Source: Lysobacterales bacterium (GTDB taxonomy: Bacteria > Pseudomonadota > Gammaproteobacteria > Xanthomonadales > SZUA-5). From it: a stretch of DNA of 42,169 bases. The DNA is taken from NCBI GenBank assembly GCA_022844165.1, contig JALHMH010000038.1, positions 1 to 42,169 of the forward strand, written 5' to 3'. A program made the translations under genes and the position numbers. The notes beneath the pieces are model-generated. The model was given only the letters and a program-made list of their open reading frames with translations. It did no database searches and was not told the origin of the DNA. Of this stretch, positions 16,702-27,350 are shown piece after piece (position 1 is the stretch's first letter; each line of letters begins with the position of its first letter).

Positions 16702-19284
16702 ATGTCTTTGTTCGGATGGTTCAAAAAACCTGCGTGGCAATCGCGCGATGTCGATGCCCGCGCCCAGGCCGTTGCGAGCGATCGCGATCCGGCATTGGTT
16801 ACCTTATTGCCGCAGCTGTTGCGCAGCGATCCGGAGCCGCGCGTGCGCCGCTCCGCACTGGAGCGGATCGATGATCTGACAGCATTGGCCGATCGCATGG
16901 CCAACGATGCCGACGCGGGCGTTCGTGAACGGGCTCGCGAGCGGCTCGTTGAACGGATGCAGAAGGGTGCGCCGCTCGACGAACGTTTGCGTGCTCTAAA
17001 GTTGCTGGACGACACAGTACTCCTTGAGGGGATTGCGAGGCGCGCGCCAGAACGTGAGTTGCGTTGGGCGGCGCTGGAGAAAATAAAGCGCCCAGGGTTT
17101 ATCGCGGAACGCTGCCTGGAAGACCCCGACTTCAGCGTGCGCGTAGATTTGCTGGCGCGCATCGATGGGACAGCAGCGCTTGAACGTCTGGCCGAGCAGG
17201 CACGCACTAAAGACAAACGGCTGTTTCGTGCGATTCGCGAGCGCGTCGATGCCGGCAGAATGGCTGCGGGCGACAGTGCGGCGATGTTGCACCAGGCCGA
17301 AGTGCTCTGCGCATCTTTGGAAGCGCAATTGCGCCGTCCTGATGCCGGGAGCGAAGCGGCATTGCTGAAAGCAGAGCAAGACTGGCTGAGCTTACGTGCC
17401 AGGCTCAGCGATGAGCGTTTCGACAAGCGTTTCGAAGGCGCGCGTCAGACCTTACGCGCCTCGATCGACGCGATTTCAAGAAAAGCCCGCGGCGAAACCG
17501 AGCCGGTCAGCGAATTGCCCATCACCAAGCCCATGCCCGTATTGGTGGTGCCGGCCAGCGAGCGTATCGAACCCGATGCGTCGCTCGTGAGTTTGCTGCA
17601 GGAGGCACAGTCTTTAGCGCACTCGGCGGCGGTGGGATGGAGTCGGCGCTGGGAGGCGGCATGGAACGCCGAACGCGATCGTCCTGCGGTGGATCAGGCG
17701 TTGCGCGCTTCAGCCTTCGAACAGCAGCAAGTCTGGCGCGATGCGGCGGCGGCGCACGACGCTCGCGTCGAAGCGGCACGCGGCGAGTTTGCGTCGGCGC
17801 TGAGCGCGGCGCGAACGGCGGTGGAAGAGGGGCAATTGGCCAGCGCCGTGGGCGCACGCGCCAGAGCGCTTGCAGCAGTAGAGGTGTTTGCCGACTCCGA
17901 GGCGCGCAGCGCCAAACAGCGGCTTGCCGATCTTGATCGCGATCTGGACAAACTTGGCCAGTGGCAACGTTGGTCAGACAACAAAGTGCGGATGCGCCTT
18001 TGCGATGAGGTCGAAACCCTTATCGGTAGCGGCATGCATCCCGATGCTCTGGCGACGCGACTGAATGAGCTGAAACAACAGTGGCAGGCATTGGAACATG
18101 ACCCGGCTGACAAAACATCCGGGCTTGCCAGGCGCTTTCGGTTCTTATGTTTTAAGGCCATCGAGCCGGCGAAGGGATATTTCGAAAAACGCAAGGAGGT
18201 TCGCGGCAAACGCGCCGAGGAGCTGGGCAGTTTTATCGAGCGTGTATCCGCGCTCGTCGACAGCGCGCCGGTGCGCGAACTGATTGAGATCAAACGCGAC
18301 GTCGCCGATCATCTGCGGCGTCTCGACGAAGTCGATCCCAAACTACGCGGTAATCGCGGCAAACAGCTGAAACAACTGATCGATCGGATCAGCGCACGCA
18401 TCGATGGCGACTTCGCCAGGGTTGCGGAGGAAAAACAGAAACTGATCAATCAGCTCAAACGACAGTTGGCGCATGCTGAACTCGAAGTTGCGCTGGATCT
18501 GTGCAAATCTGCGCAGCGCAAATGGAAAGAGCTTGGTGCCGGTTCGCGCAAAACGGATCAGGCCTTATGGGAAGAGTTCCGTGGCGTGGTGGATCCGTGG
18601 TTCGCCCAGCAGAACGAGGCTGTCGCGGCGGAAGCCTCTGCCGTCGAAGCGGAGAATGCGGCGGCGCAGGCGCTGATCGATGGCTTGAAGCAGCTGATCG
18701 ACGAGCCGCTGGATGCCGCACATCTGGCAGTGCGTATCGAGAAAGCCGATGGCGAATGGCGCTCCTCGAAACGGCCAGCCAAGCTTGAGTCACGCTATGA
18801 GCGCGCGCTCGCGGCGGTGCAAACGGCGCTGCAAAACCGATTGCGCGAGCAACAGAGCTCGGAGCTCAAACGATGCGCGGAGCTGGCGCAGGTACTCGAT
18901 GGCGTTGAGGCCAGTGGCGAGGGTACGCCGGAGTTTGTGATCAGCGCGCTCACCACTTTACCAGCTTCAGCCGCAGAGGCGATGCGCGCTCGTGTCACGC
19001 GGATCGCGAAGCGGGATCCTGCGATTGAAACCGAGCAGCTGGTCGAAGGACGTGCATTGCTGCTGGAAGCCGAATATCTGGCGGGCATCGACTCGCCACC
19101 AGAAGACCGGGAGGCGCGTCTGGCACTTCAAGTTCGTTTGCTGTCGGAACGAATGAATGCACGAGGGGAACTCGACACTGCGGAGGCACGAGATCGCCTG
19201 CGCCTGCGCTGGTGGTCCTTAGGCCCGCTGGCGACACAATCGCGACAAGAGCTGCACGCGCGCTGGGCGAAACTCGGGCTTTGA
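16702..19284 (+). CDS. DUF349-containing helical repeat protein
   Basis: N-terminal HEAT-like repeats and repeated ..QQQW../..QRKWKELG...DQALWEEF motifs. Confidence 0.75.
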   Translation: MSLFGWFKKPAWQSRDVDARAQAVASDRDPALVTLLPQLLRSDPEPRVRRSALERIDDLTALADRMANDADAGVRERARERLVERMQKGAPLDERLRALKLLDDTVLLEGIARRAPERELRWAALEKIKRPGFIAERCLEDPDFSVRVDLLARIDGTAALERLAEQARTKDKRLFRAIRERVDAGRMAAGDSAAMLHQAEVLCASLEAQLRRPDAGSEAALLKAEQDWLSLRARLSDERFDKRFEGARQTLRASIDAISRKARGETEPVSELPITKPMPVLVVPASERIEPDASLVSLLQEAQSLAHSAAVGWSRRWEAAWNAERDRPAVDQALRASAFEQQQVWRDAAAAHDARVEAARGEFASALSAARTAVEEGQLASAVGARARALAAVEVFADSEARSAKQRLADLDRDLDKLGQWQRWSDNKVRMRLCDEVETLIGSGMHPDALATRLNELKQQWQALEHDPADKTSGLARRFRFLCFKAIEPAKGYFEKRKEVRGKRAEELGSFIERVSALVDSAPVRELIEIKRDVADHLRRLDEVDPKLRGNRGKQLKQLIDRISARIDGDFARVAEEKQKLINQLKRQLAHAELEVALDLCKSAQRKWKELGAGSRKTDQALWEEFRGVVDPWFAQQNEAVAAEASAVEAENAAAQALIDGLKQLIDEPLDAAHLAVRIEKADGEWRSSKRPAKLESRYERALAAVQTALQNRLREQQSSELKRCAELAQVLDGVEASGEGTPEFVISALTTLPASAAEAMRARVTRIAKRDPAIETEQLVEGRALLLEAEYLAGIDSPPEDREARLALQVRLLSERMNARGELDTAEARDRLRLRWWSLGPLATQSRQELHARWAKLGL

Positions 19285-19298
19285 TGGCGGGTTAGACG

Positions 19299-19895
19299 AT
19301 GGCCGACATTCTGGTTTTGTACTACAGCCGATACGGCAGCACTGCCACGCTCGCGCGGCGAATCGCGGACGGTATCGAAGAGGTCGACGGTATGGTGGCG
19401 CGCCTGCGGACCGTGCCGGCACTGCGCAGTGTGGCCGACGAAAGCCCGGCCCAATCGGTGCCGAACGATGGTCCGCCCTATGCAACGGTGGACGACCTGA
19501 GGGCGTGTAGCGGCCTGATCTTCGGCAGTCCCACGCGGTTCGGCAATATGGCCGCTCCCATGAAGGCGTTCTGGGATGGCACCGGTGGCGCCTGGATGAG
19601 TGGGACATTGGCCGGGAAACCTGGTGCCGTGTTCACCTCCACGAGCAGCCTGCATGGCGGCCACGAGAGTACGCTGCTCAGCATGCTCACGCCCTTGATG
19701 CACCACGGAATGTTGTTAGTTGGCTTGCCTTTCACGGAGGCGGCTCTGGCGCGCACGACGACCGGCGGTGCGCCCTATGGGGCTGGGCATATTGCGCGCA
19801 AGCAAGACGACACGGCGCTGAGCGACGACGAGAAGTCCCTGGCCCGTGCCCTGGGGCGTCGAGTGGCCGAAATTGCGCGAAAGCTCGCGTGCTGA
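19299..19895 (+). CDS. wrbA: NAD(P)H:quinone oxidoreductase, flavodoxin-like
   Basis: VLYYSRYGST, GSPTRFGNMA and SSLHGGHEST motifs. Confidence 0.93.
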   Translation: MADILVLYYSRYGSTATLARRIADGIEEVDGMVARLRTVPALRSVADESPAQSVPNDGPPYATVDDLRACSGLIFGSPTRFGNMAAPMKAFWDGTGGAWMSGTLAGKPGAVFTSTSSLHGGHESTLLSMLTPLMHHGMLLVGLPFTEAALARTTTGGAPYGAGHIARKQDDTALSDDEKSLARALGRRVAEIARKLAC

Positions 19896-20230
19896 TGGGC
19901 ACGCGCATTTGTGCGGGTGCGCTGCTGGCGTTAATCGCAATCAAGCTCGCGTGGTCGGCGCTGTATGGTAAAACGGAAGGCGCGCTGGTGCTCGGGCTCG
20001 TCGGTGTCGTCCTACCGCTATTGCCGGCGCTGATTGCCAGAGTCTTTTCGTTGTCGGGTTTCTGGGTGTACGCAGGATTTGCGCCGCTCTGGTATTTCTG
20101 TCACGGTGTCATGGAACTGGTTGCCGGTCGCTACTTGTTTTTCGCCGCTATCGAAGTGCTCTTGGCGCTCCTTTTTTTCTCCGGGTATTGGCTACGAACG
20201 AGGGCGATCAAGCGGGCAAAAGCCGTTTGA
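19895..20230 (+). CDS. DUF2069-like membrane protein
   Basis: Four hydrophobic segments and a YFCHGVME motif; coupled to wrbA. Confidence 0.7.
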   Translation: MGTRICAGALLALIAIKLAWSALYGKTEGALVLGLVGVVLPLLPALIARVFSLSGFWVYAGFAPLWYFCHGVMELVAGRYLFFAAIEVLLALLFFSGYWLRTRAIKRAKAV

Positions 20231-20984
20231 CGCGATTGCCAAACAGTCGCGCTGCATTGGCGCTGGTCGCGGTGGCGAGATCAACTTCGGATACACCGCG
20301 CAATGCTGCGATAGCTGCCAGTACCGAACGCAAATGTGCGGGTTCGTTTCTTTGCCCGCGGTGCGCTTCGCCGGGCTGATCGGGAGAGTCGGTTTCCAAC
20401 AACAAATGTTCGATTGGCATATTGGCTGCTGTCGCGCGCAGCCGCTGGGCGCGCACATAAGTGACCGGGCCGCCGATGCCTACGAAGAACCCCAGTTTCA
20501 GCAATTGCCGCAATTGTTCGCCGCTACCGCCGAAGCTGTGTACGACGCCACGCAGACCCGGCACTTTTTTGAGTTCCGCATGTACGGCGTCAAAAGCACG
20601 GCGGGCATGGACTACAACTGGCAGATCAACGTCGCGCGCAAGCCGTAGCTGAGCTCGAAAGAACACGAGCTGACGTTGCCAGTCCAGGCCTTCAACAAAG
20701 CCGTCGAGGCCACATTCGCCGACAGCCACGGCGTCGACCAGCGCATCGCGCACAAGGCTCAGGTGTTCATCGCGATGTTGGTCGAGATACATAGGGTGCA
20801 GCCCGAACGCTGGCAGCAACTCGGCGCGTTGCGCGCACAACGCCCGCAATGCCGGAAACGTTGTCGCCGTTACCGCCGGTACAATCTGGCAAATCACGCC
20901 TGCCGCCGAGGCGCGAGCCAGGACCGCTTCTCGATCAGGATCGAACTCGGGCGCATCGATATGGCTATGCGAGTCGACGATCAT
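20208..20984 (-). CDS. tatD: TatD family hydrolase
   Basis: DSHSH, GLHP, VGECGLD, VHAR, HSFGG and LLETDSP motifs. Confidence 0.9.
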   Translation of the reverse strand: MIVDSHSHIDAPEFDPDREAVLARASAAGVICQIVPAVTATTFPALRALCAQRAELLPAFGLHPMYLDQHRDEHLSLVRDALVDAVAVGECGLDGFVEGLDWQRQLVFFRAQLRLARDVDLPVVVHARRAFDAVHAELKKVPGLRGVVHSFGGSGEQLRQLLKLGFFVGIGGPVTYVRAQRLRATAANMPIEHLLLETDSPDQPGEAHRGQRNEPAHLRSVLAAIAALRGVSEVDLATATSANAARLFGNRVKRLLPA

Positions 20985-21010
20985 TCAGACGACCACCGAC
21001 GTCGTAACCG

Positions 21011-21457
21011 TTACTTATTGCCCCAATTGTCTTCTTTGCGACGTCCGCCAGCGCGGCGATCGCCCGCGGTCGTGAAATCCATGCCGGACTCCGCCGCGCC
21101 CGCGCGGCGTTTGCGCTGCCTTGAGTCGGGAACCGGTTTGTACTTGCATTGGCAGTTTTGCGTACATCCCACAGCCGGAAGCGGAATCGAATCGTTGGTG
21201 AGAAAGCGCCGATTGCTCCACTCACGCGCCCAGGTGCATTTGGTGGGCGTATCGTCCGTCTTCAACTCCCAGATCTTGAGCGTCCGAAGGTCCTTGTGCT
21301 CTTTCGGATTGGTCACGCGTTTGGGGAGGGCTTCGATTTCGATTTGTCGTTTGGCTTTGTACGCGCGATCGCGACGTACCCAGCCCAAGGCAAGCAGTAT
21401 CAAGACCACAATGATGACGCCCGCCAGGGCCAGATTCATATCGTTCATTACCATCAC
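21011..21457 (-). CDS. Hypothetical membrane-anchored protein with a Cys cluster
   Basis: N-terminal TM helix, C..A...PLP..GC..NCQCKY and DSRQRKRR/DRRAGGRR motifs; start uncertain. Confidence 0.7.
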   Translation of the reverse strand: MMVMNDMNLALAGVIIVVLILLALGWVRRDRAYKAKRQIEIEALPKRVTNPKEHKDLRTLKIWELKTDDTPTKCTWAREWSNRRFLTNDSIPLPAVGCTQNCQCKYKPVPDSRQRKRRAGAAESGMDFTTAGDRRAGGRRKEDNWGNK

Positions 21458-21582
21458 CTAAGAGCGTCTTCACTCGCTGATCATGACCTTTTGCCTTGCT
21501 CGGACGCAAGCGTAGGCGATGTTATAGTCCGCGCCCCGCCGCCACCGGCGGTCCTGTTTCGCTGTCGAACCCTGATTCTCCG

Positions 21583-24500
21583 ATGCGCCTAGCCACGATA
21601 AAACTGGCCGGATTCAAGTCTTTTGTCGATCCGACCACACTTCACCTGCCAACCAACCTGACCGCGGTGGTGGGTCCAAATGGGTGCGGCAAGTCCAACA
21701 TCATTGATGCGGTAAAGTGGGTTTTGGGCGAGTCTGCGGCCAGTCGTTTGCGTGGCGACGCCATGACTGACGTCATTTTCAATGGAACGACCGAACGCAA
21801 GCCAGTAGGCCAGGCCACGGTCGAGCTCATTTTCGACAATAGCGACGGAACGGTGCTGGGCGAATTCGCCGGTTGGAGTGAGATCTCGGTCAAACGCCAG
21901 GTCGGACGCGATGGCCAGTCGCAGTATTGGTTGAACGGCACCCGGTGCCGGCGGCGCGATGTGACCGACTTGTTCTTAGGGACCGGCTTAGGCCCACGTT
22001 CATACGCGATCATCGAGCAGGGCATGATCTCGCAGATCGTCGAGGCCGCGCCCGACGATTTGCGGGTACATCTGGAAGAGGCAGCAGGCATCTCCAAATA
22101 CAAAGAGCGCCGCCGTGAGACCGAAGCGCGGATGCGCGCCACGCGCGAAAATCTGGAACGGTTGACCGACGTGCGCGATGAGGTCGACAAACAGCTCGAA
22201 CACTTGAAGCGCCAGGCGAAACAAGCCGAACGCTGGACGGAACTGCGCAACGAACAACGGCGTATCGATGCGCAAGCCAAAGCGCTGGCGTGGCTCGACG
22301 TTTCGCACAAGCTCGAGGTTGAGGTCAAGAAACTGAGCAGCGTCGAAGAGCAGGTCCTGAGCCTCGATGCCGATCACGCGCGCAACGAACTGGAATTGGA
22401 ACAATCGCGCGAGAAGCACCGCGAAGCGGCTGAGTACTTTCGCAGCGTTCAGGCAGAGCACTATCAGGTCGGTGGCGACATCACGCGCATTGAGCAACAG
22501 CTGAATTTTGGACGGCAATCGGCCGAACGATTGGCCACAGAAATGGCTGAGGCCCAGGCACAACGTGTACACCTGGACGAACAACTCGCACTAGATCGGC
22601 AACAAATGGCGATCTTGCAGCACACACTGGACACCGAGTTGCCGCAGCTCGCCGCGCTCGCGCAGTCGGCAAAAGAAGCGGGTCTGTCATTGCAGGGTGC
22701 CGAGCAGGCAATTGGCCAATGGCAATTGCGGTCCGATCAGGTCAGCCGTCAAGCCAGCGAGGCAACTAAAAGCGCGGAAGTACAGCGCACACGCATCGAA
22801 ATGACCGAGCAGCAGGTTCGCCAACAACTTAAGCGCCGCGATGTACTCGAGCAGGAGCAAAAGCTGCTTGCCGGGCGCAACAGTGCAGCAGAAATGGCGT
22901 TGTTGAAGGACACTCAATCGCAGTGCGATGCAGACGTCGCCGTGCTGACGGCGGCACTCAACAGCCGCAAGGCTGAGTTGGTCGATGCCGAAAAACAGCA
23001 ACGCGAACTTCAATCCACAATTGCCCGCGAGCGACAGAATTTGAGCGCGATGCGCGGACGATTGGCCTCGCTTGAGGCGCTGCAACACGCTGCGCTGGGC
23101 GAGGACAAACGCGATCTTGCGCAATGGCTCAAGCGCCACGGCTTGGATCATGCACCGCGTTTGGGCACGTTGCTGACCGTGGAACCGGGTTACGAGCGCG
23201 CAGTCGAAGCCGTGCTTGGGCACGCGCTGGAAGCGCTCGTCGTGGACGATGCGGCGCAGTCGCTCGATTTGGACGCCTTGCCCAAAGGCGTACTGATGCT
23301 CGCCAGTCGCGTCGACGGCATCGCTGCCAGCGCCGATACCCTGGCGGCGAAGGTCACTGGACCGGCGGTGATCCAGGACGTGCTGGGAACCGTGCGCGTG
23401 GTCGACGATACCCAAGGCGCAATCGAATTGAGCGAATCACTCGCGCCTGGTACCAGTATCGTGACGCGAAGCGGAGAGTGTTTTGGGCGCCATTGGCGGC
23501 GCATCGACAAAGGTTCGTCGGGGCATGAAGGCGTGATTGCACGCGGCCGCGAGATCGCTCAACTTAAAGATGAGGTGCGCGCAGCCGACGAAAGTCTGGT
23601 GACTGCCGAACAGTCTTTTTCGGGCGCCCGTCAAGCGCTGCAGACGGCCGAAACTGCGCGCGAAGCCGCACAAACTGCGCTGTATGCGGCGCACCGCAAA
23701 GCCGCCGATGCCGCCGGGCGCGTGCGCAGTGTGGAGGGACGCGTCGAACAAGAGCGCTTGCGTCAGGAAGCCATTCGCAATGAGTTGGCACAAATCGCGA
23801 CGCAAACCAGCGAGGCCGAACAAAAGTCCAAAGCGGCGCGCAGCGACGTCAGCGCTGCCATGGATCACTTGAATCAGCTCAATGACGAGCGCGCTCAACT
23901 CGACCAGGAACGCATCCGACTGGTCGCTGCTCGCGATGCCGCGCGCGAACGCGCGCGCAGCGAACAGGAGCGGGAGCGCCATCTGGCACTGAATGTGGAA
24001 GGCAAGCGCACCGCAGCCAACTCGTTGCAAGCGGCAATCGCCCGTATCGCCGCTCAGCTCGACCAACTGCTCGCACGCGCCGCTCGTCTGGGTGAACAGC
24101 ATGCGCAAACGCTGGCGCCGCTGCCTGCTTTGGAAGCCAATCTCAACGTATTCCTCGATCAGCGTGTGCTGGTAGAGCAACGCTTGACCAGCGCACGGCA
24201 GCAACTGGAGACCCTCGACTTAAACTTGCGCAAGCTCGATATGGATCGGCAACGGATCGATCATCAGTTGAATCAGGCCCGAGAGAAGCGCGGTAGATCT
24301 CAGCTCGACGAACAAGCGCTGCGAATCAAGGCGGAAGCGCTGGAACAAACACTGAGCGATGCCGGTTTCGAGCGCGACACCGTGGTGGCATCGCTGCCCG
24401 AAGGTGCGGATCTCAAATTGTGGGAAAGCCAACTGATCGATCTCGAACAACGGATCAAACGATTGGAGCCGGTTAACCTGGCAGCGATCAATGAGTTGGA

Positions 24501-25077
24501 AGAGCAGTCGCAGCGAAAAATTTATCTCGATTCGCAGCACGCGGATCTCACTGAGGCATTGAACACCTTGGAAGACGCGATCCGCAAAATCGATCGCGAA
24601 ACGCGCACCCGCTTCAAGGAGACTTTCGATCGCGTCAACGCCGGTGTGCAGGAGTTGTTTCCGCGCCTGTTCGGCGGTGGGCATGCGTATCTGGAGCTCA
24701 CGGGCGAGGACTTGTTGTCGACCGGCGTCAACATCATTGCCCGTCCACCAGGCAAAAAGCCCGCGAGCATTGGCTTGTTGTCGGGTGGCGAAAAAGCGCT
24801 GACTGCGGTTTCCCTGGTGTTCTCGATTTTCCGCTTGAATCCGGCACCCTTCTGTTTGCTCGACGAAGTCGACGCGCCGCTCGATGAGGCTAACGTCGGC
24901 CGCTTTAGCCAGATGGTGTCCGAGATGAGCAAAGGCGTGCAGTTTCTGGTTGTGACGCACAACAAAGTGACCATGGAGTCGGTCAACCATCTGGCCGGCG
25001 TGACCATGCGCGAACCCGGCGTTTCGCGCCTGGTCAGCGTGGATCTGGCGGAGGCGACGAGGTTGACGGGTGTTTGA
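21583..25077 (+). CDS. smc: Chromosome segregation protein SMC
   Basis: GFKSF, Walker [10 protein letters not shown], long coiled coils, LSGGEK signature and Walker [11 protein letters not shown]. Confidence 0.97.
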   Translation: MRLATIKLAGFKSFVDPTTLHLPTNLTAVVGPNGCGKSNIIDAVKWVLGESAASRLRGDAMTDVIFNGTTERKPVGQATVELIFDNSDGTVLGEFAGWSEISVKRQVGRDGQSQYWLNGTRCRRRDVTDLFLGTGLGPRSYAIIEQGMISQIVEAAPDDLRVHLEEAAGISKYKERRRETEARMRATRENLERLTDVRDEVDKQLEHLKRQAKQAERWTELRNEQRRIDAQAKALAWLDVSHKLEVEVKKLSSVEEQVLSLDADHARNELELEQSREKHREAAEYFRSVQAEHYQVGGDITRIEQQLNFGRQSAERLATEMAEAQAQRVHLDEQLALDRQQMAILQHTLDTELPQLAALAQSAKEAGLSLQGAEQAIGQWQLRSDQVSRQASEATKSAEVQRTRIEMTEQQVRQQLKRRDVLEQEQKLLAGRNSAAEMALLKDTQSQCDADVAVLTAALNSRKAELVDAEKQQRELQSTIARERQNLSAMRGRLASLEALQHAALGEDKRDLAQWLKRHGLDHAPRLGTLLTVEPGYERAVEAVLGHALEALVVDDAAQSLDLDALPKGVLMLASRVDGIAASADTLAAKVTGPAVIQDVLGTVRVVDDTQGAIELSESLAPGTSIVTRSGECFGRHWRRIDKGSSGHEGVIARGREIAQLKDEVRAADESLVTAEQSFSGARQALQTAETAREAAQTALYAAHRKAADAAGRVRSVEGRVEQERLRQEAIRNELAQIATQTSEAEQKSKAARSDVSAAMDHLNQLNDERAQLDQERIRLVAARDAARERARSEQERERHLALNVEGKRTAANSLQAAIARIAAQLDQLLARAARLGEQHAQTLAPLPALEANLNVFLDQRVLVEQRLTSARQQLETLDLNLRKLDMDRQRIDHQLNQAREKRGRSQLDEQALRIKAEALEQTLSDAGFERDTVVASLPEGADLKLWESQLIDLEQRIKRLEPVNLAAINELEEQSQRKIYLDSQHADLTEALNTLEDAIRKIDRETRTRFKETFDRVNAGVQELFPRLFGGGHAYLELTGEDLLSTGVNIIARPPGKKPASIGLLSGGEKALTAVSLVFSIFRLNPAPFCLLDEVDAPLDEANVGRFSQMVSEMSKGVQFLVVTHNKVTMESVNHLAGVTMREPGVSRLVSVDLAEATRLTGV

Positions 25078-25142
25078 GGCAAGAAGTTTTCGACAGTTCG
25101 TTGTCGACTTCCGGCGCCGTCAACGACTCATGTGAATCCGGT

Positions 25143-25332
25143 CGCGGACTGGCGTAGTTCTCCGACGCAATCAACTCCACATGATCTTCCTGGCGCACCA
25201 GCTCGGCGGCCATCGCCGCTGCTAACTCAGGATCGAAATCGGCCAGCGAAGTCTGTTCGTTCATAGGACTACCGTTCTTGATGCGAATGCATCGAAGCAT
25301 AGGCGTTTTGTTGGGGCGATTTTGCAGACGCT
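25143..25332 (-). pseudogene. Inverted 190-bp duplicate of the glyA leader plus the first ~41 codons
   Basis: Reverse complement matches 29888-30077 with two substitutions (MNEQTS vs MNKQAS); the frame then continues into unrelated sequence to a stop at 25034. Confidence 0.95.
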
Positions 25333-25405
25333 GCTGACGAGCAACGCAGCATTCGGTCCAAAAGGCGCTGAAATAATTCCAGATGCTCTTACGACACCAC
25401 ACTGG
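25333..25405. mobile_element. Degenerate end of an IS630-type MITE-like element
   Basis: Reverse complement of 25371-25403 matches 42073-42105 at 25/33 ungapped positions (AGTGTGGTGTC...GAA.TATTT). The family assignment is an inference. Confidence 0.5.
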
Positions 25406-25439
25406 CACCCGCAACCGCCGACTGGATTGTCGGCCAAAG

Positions 25440-26684
25440 TTACGACCGGCGAGCGAGCCAGGCTGACATACCTTCGAAGTAACCGTCGACGATGCGCGAG
25501 CGGCTCGGATATTCGCTTCGCACACCAGTTTCAGAGTCGAACATGAGATGGTTGGCACGCGGCAGTACGGTCGTTGTAAGATCGACCGCAGGCGAAACCG
25601 CCTGTCTCAAGGCGGAGACATTCTCCTCGGCCGGGACAACCCAGTCCTTGCCGCCGAAAAGAGCCAAAACCGGCACCAGGCTCGCCCGCCAAAAAGGTGC
25701 CGGATCGAAATCTGCCATCAAACGGATCATTTGGCGCTCCGGCGCATCCGCCGATGCGGGTGGTGCCAATATCCACTCTGCGCCATTCGAAATCGCTCGG
25801 CGATATGCCGAGTCAATGTCTTCGAATGGCCTCAGTCCGCGCGCAACATCCACGTCGATGGCGTAATAGCCGAGCGCGTCATCAATGTCCGACTGAGGGA
25901 ATCCGTAAGCTCGCAATTCGGCGTCGACATTCGCCAGGATCTGGCGCGCTGGCGTTGTCGCCGCGCCTGCCTGCAACAAGATTGCATCAATCAGGCCTTT
26001 GGCACCGAGTTGCGGCAATATCCAGCCAGCCTGACTCGCACCCCAGCCATAAAAGGGTCGTGGCGCACTCGCTGCGCCCAGTATCGATCGGGCATCGGCC
26101 GCGAGATCTGAGAGACCGGTCAGACGCCAATCGCCACCTGATTGACCGCACCCTCTCTTATCCGCTGTGACGACGGCAAATCCTTGTGAGAGAAACCAGA
26201 ACGCCCAGGGATCGAATGCTTCGCGGGTGGCAGGCCCTGAACCGTAGACCATCAAAACGGTCCCGCGGAGCTTCGACGATTGTGGCCTTGTCAGTTCGCC
26301 GCGCAGTTCGACGCCACCATTGTAAGCGTCAATCTGGCGCCGACGAATCTGGACTGGCATCAGCAACCTCGAACCCCATTGCAACGCCTCATGATGAAAC
26401 TCGATCAGATCGCCTGATCCGTCGGCATCGTTAGCCGATTTCGCGGGAGCCAGCGACCGGCATACCTGCCATCGCGACCGATCGACCGGTCTCAACGCGA
26501 CCATCTGTGGCGTTTGGTAATCGAACAGAAAAGGACCAGGGCCAAACTCGGGAAAAGAACCAATCGCGACATAACCGTCAACATCGCGCCAAAGTCCGCG
26601 CGGTTGCCGCACCAGACCCGGGCGGTTCAGCACGCAAGCCGGAATCAGCGATGCGGTGGTTGCGATCAATGCTCTACGCTTCAT
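25440..26684 (-). CDS. Alpha/beta hydrolase (S9/S15-like), probably exported
   Basis: [21 protein letters not shown] nucleophile elbow, GKDWVV and NHLM; RR-containing N-terminus with a Cys; ATG overlaps the TetR stop. Confidence 0.85.
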   Translation of the reverse strand: MKRRALIATTASLIPACVLNRPGLVRQPRGLWRDVDGYVAIGSFPEFGPGPFLFDYQTPQMVALRPVDRSRWQVCRSLAPAKSANDADGSGDLIEFHHEALQWGSRLLMPVQIRRRQIDAYNGGVELRGELTRPQSSKLRGTVLMVYGSGPATREAFDPWAFWFLSQGFAVVTADKRGCGQSGGDWRLTGLSDLAADARSILGAASAPRPFYGWGASQAGWILPQLGAKGLIDAILLQAGAATTPARQILANVDAELRAYGFPQSDIDDALGYYAIDVDVARGLRPFEDIDSAYRRAISNGAEWILAPPASADAPERQMIRLMADFDPAPFWRASLVPVLALFGGKDWVVPAEENVSALRQAVSPAVDLTTTVLPRANHLMFDSETGVRSEYPSRSRIVDGYFEGMSAWLARRS

Positions 26685-27295
26685 TGCGGTTCCTCGATTC
26701 CTAGAAAGAGCACGTGGATCCTGGGTGCAAAGTGGTCGACCAGGGCCGAACTTTCCTCGGATTGCAACCAGTCGCGCATCGCGCCTGACCACGAATCAAC
26801 AACCAACGCCGCGGCCCAATTGCAGTCGACGATTGAACGAATCGCACCAGAGTTTTGCGCGGTAGCGAGAAACTCGGCGAAGTCCGAAATGTCTGAGCGA
26901 CCCGAAGCAGCATCAATCCGTCGCATCTCCGGTTCATTCAGCGTTGCCTCCAGTAGCTCGCGCATCAGCGCCCCTTCGCGCCGTAGTACGGTTTCGACAT
27001 CGCGGGCATAGGCCAAGAGTTCAGATTTCGGAACTGACGGATTCATCTTCGCTCGACGCGCGGCAATTTCTTGGTCGATCTGGAGATAGTAGGACTTCAA
27101 AACATCGATTTTGCTCGCGAAGAAGTTGTAAAAGGTACCCTTGGCCACCGCGGCCAGTGCCACGATGTCGTCGACGCTTGATTCGGCATAGCCCCGGCGT
27201 CGGAACAAGTCGATGGCCGATTGATAAATCCTGGATCGCAACTCATCCCGGGTAACGCGACGATTCGAAATGACTGTAGTCATGACCGCAGTCAT
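26681..27295 (-). CDS. TetR/AcrR family regulator
   Basis: RIYQSAIDLFRRRGYAESSVDDIVALAAVAKGTFYNFFASK helix-turn-helix; start at 27295 or 27283. Confidence 0.9.
   Translation of the reverse strand: MTAVMTTVISNRRVTRDELRSRIYQSAIDLFRRRGYAESSVDDIVALAAVAKGTFYNFFASKIDVLKSYYLQIDQEIAARRAKMNPSVPKSELLAYARDVETVLRREGALMRELLEATLNEPEMRRIDAASGRSDISDFAEFLATAQNSGAIRSIVDCNWAAALVVDSWSGAMRDWLQSEESSALVDHFAPRIHVLFLGIEEPQ
27270..27295. promoter_or_regulatory. Tandem ATGAC-N4-GTCAT palindromes, candidate TetR operator
   Basis: ATGACTGTAGTCAT (27270-27283) and ATGACCGCAGTCAT (27282-27295) overlap the TetR start region. Confidence 0.6.
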
Positions 27296-27350
27296 AGCGA
27301 TCTTCGGGGCTCGCGTCAATAGCCGGATTTCGGGATAGCCCGCCGCCTCG

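Noticed and set aside
16608-24990. Long antisense or alternate-frame ORFs over DUF349 and smc (and similarly over ribD and the olsF-like gene)
   Set aside because: Typical shadow ORFs of high-GC coding sequence with no motifs.
21583-25077. SMC as part of a Wadjet/Mks defence system
   Set aside because: It is a canonical chromosomal Smc with no jetABD/mks neighbours.
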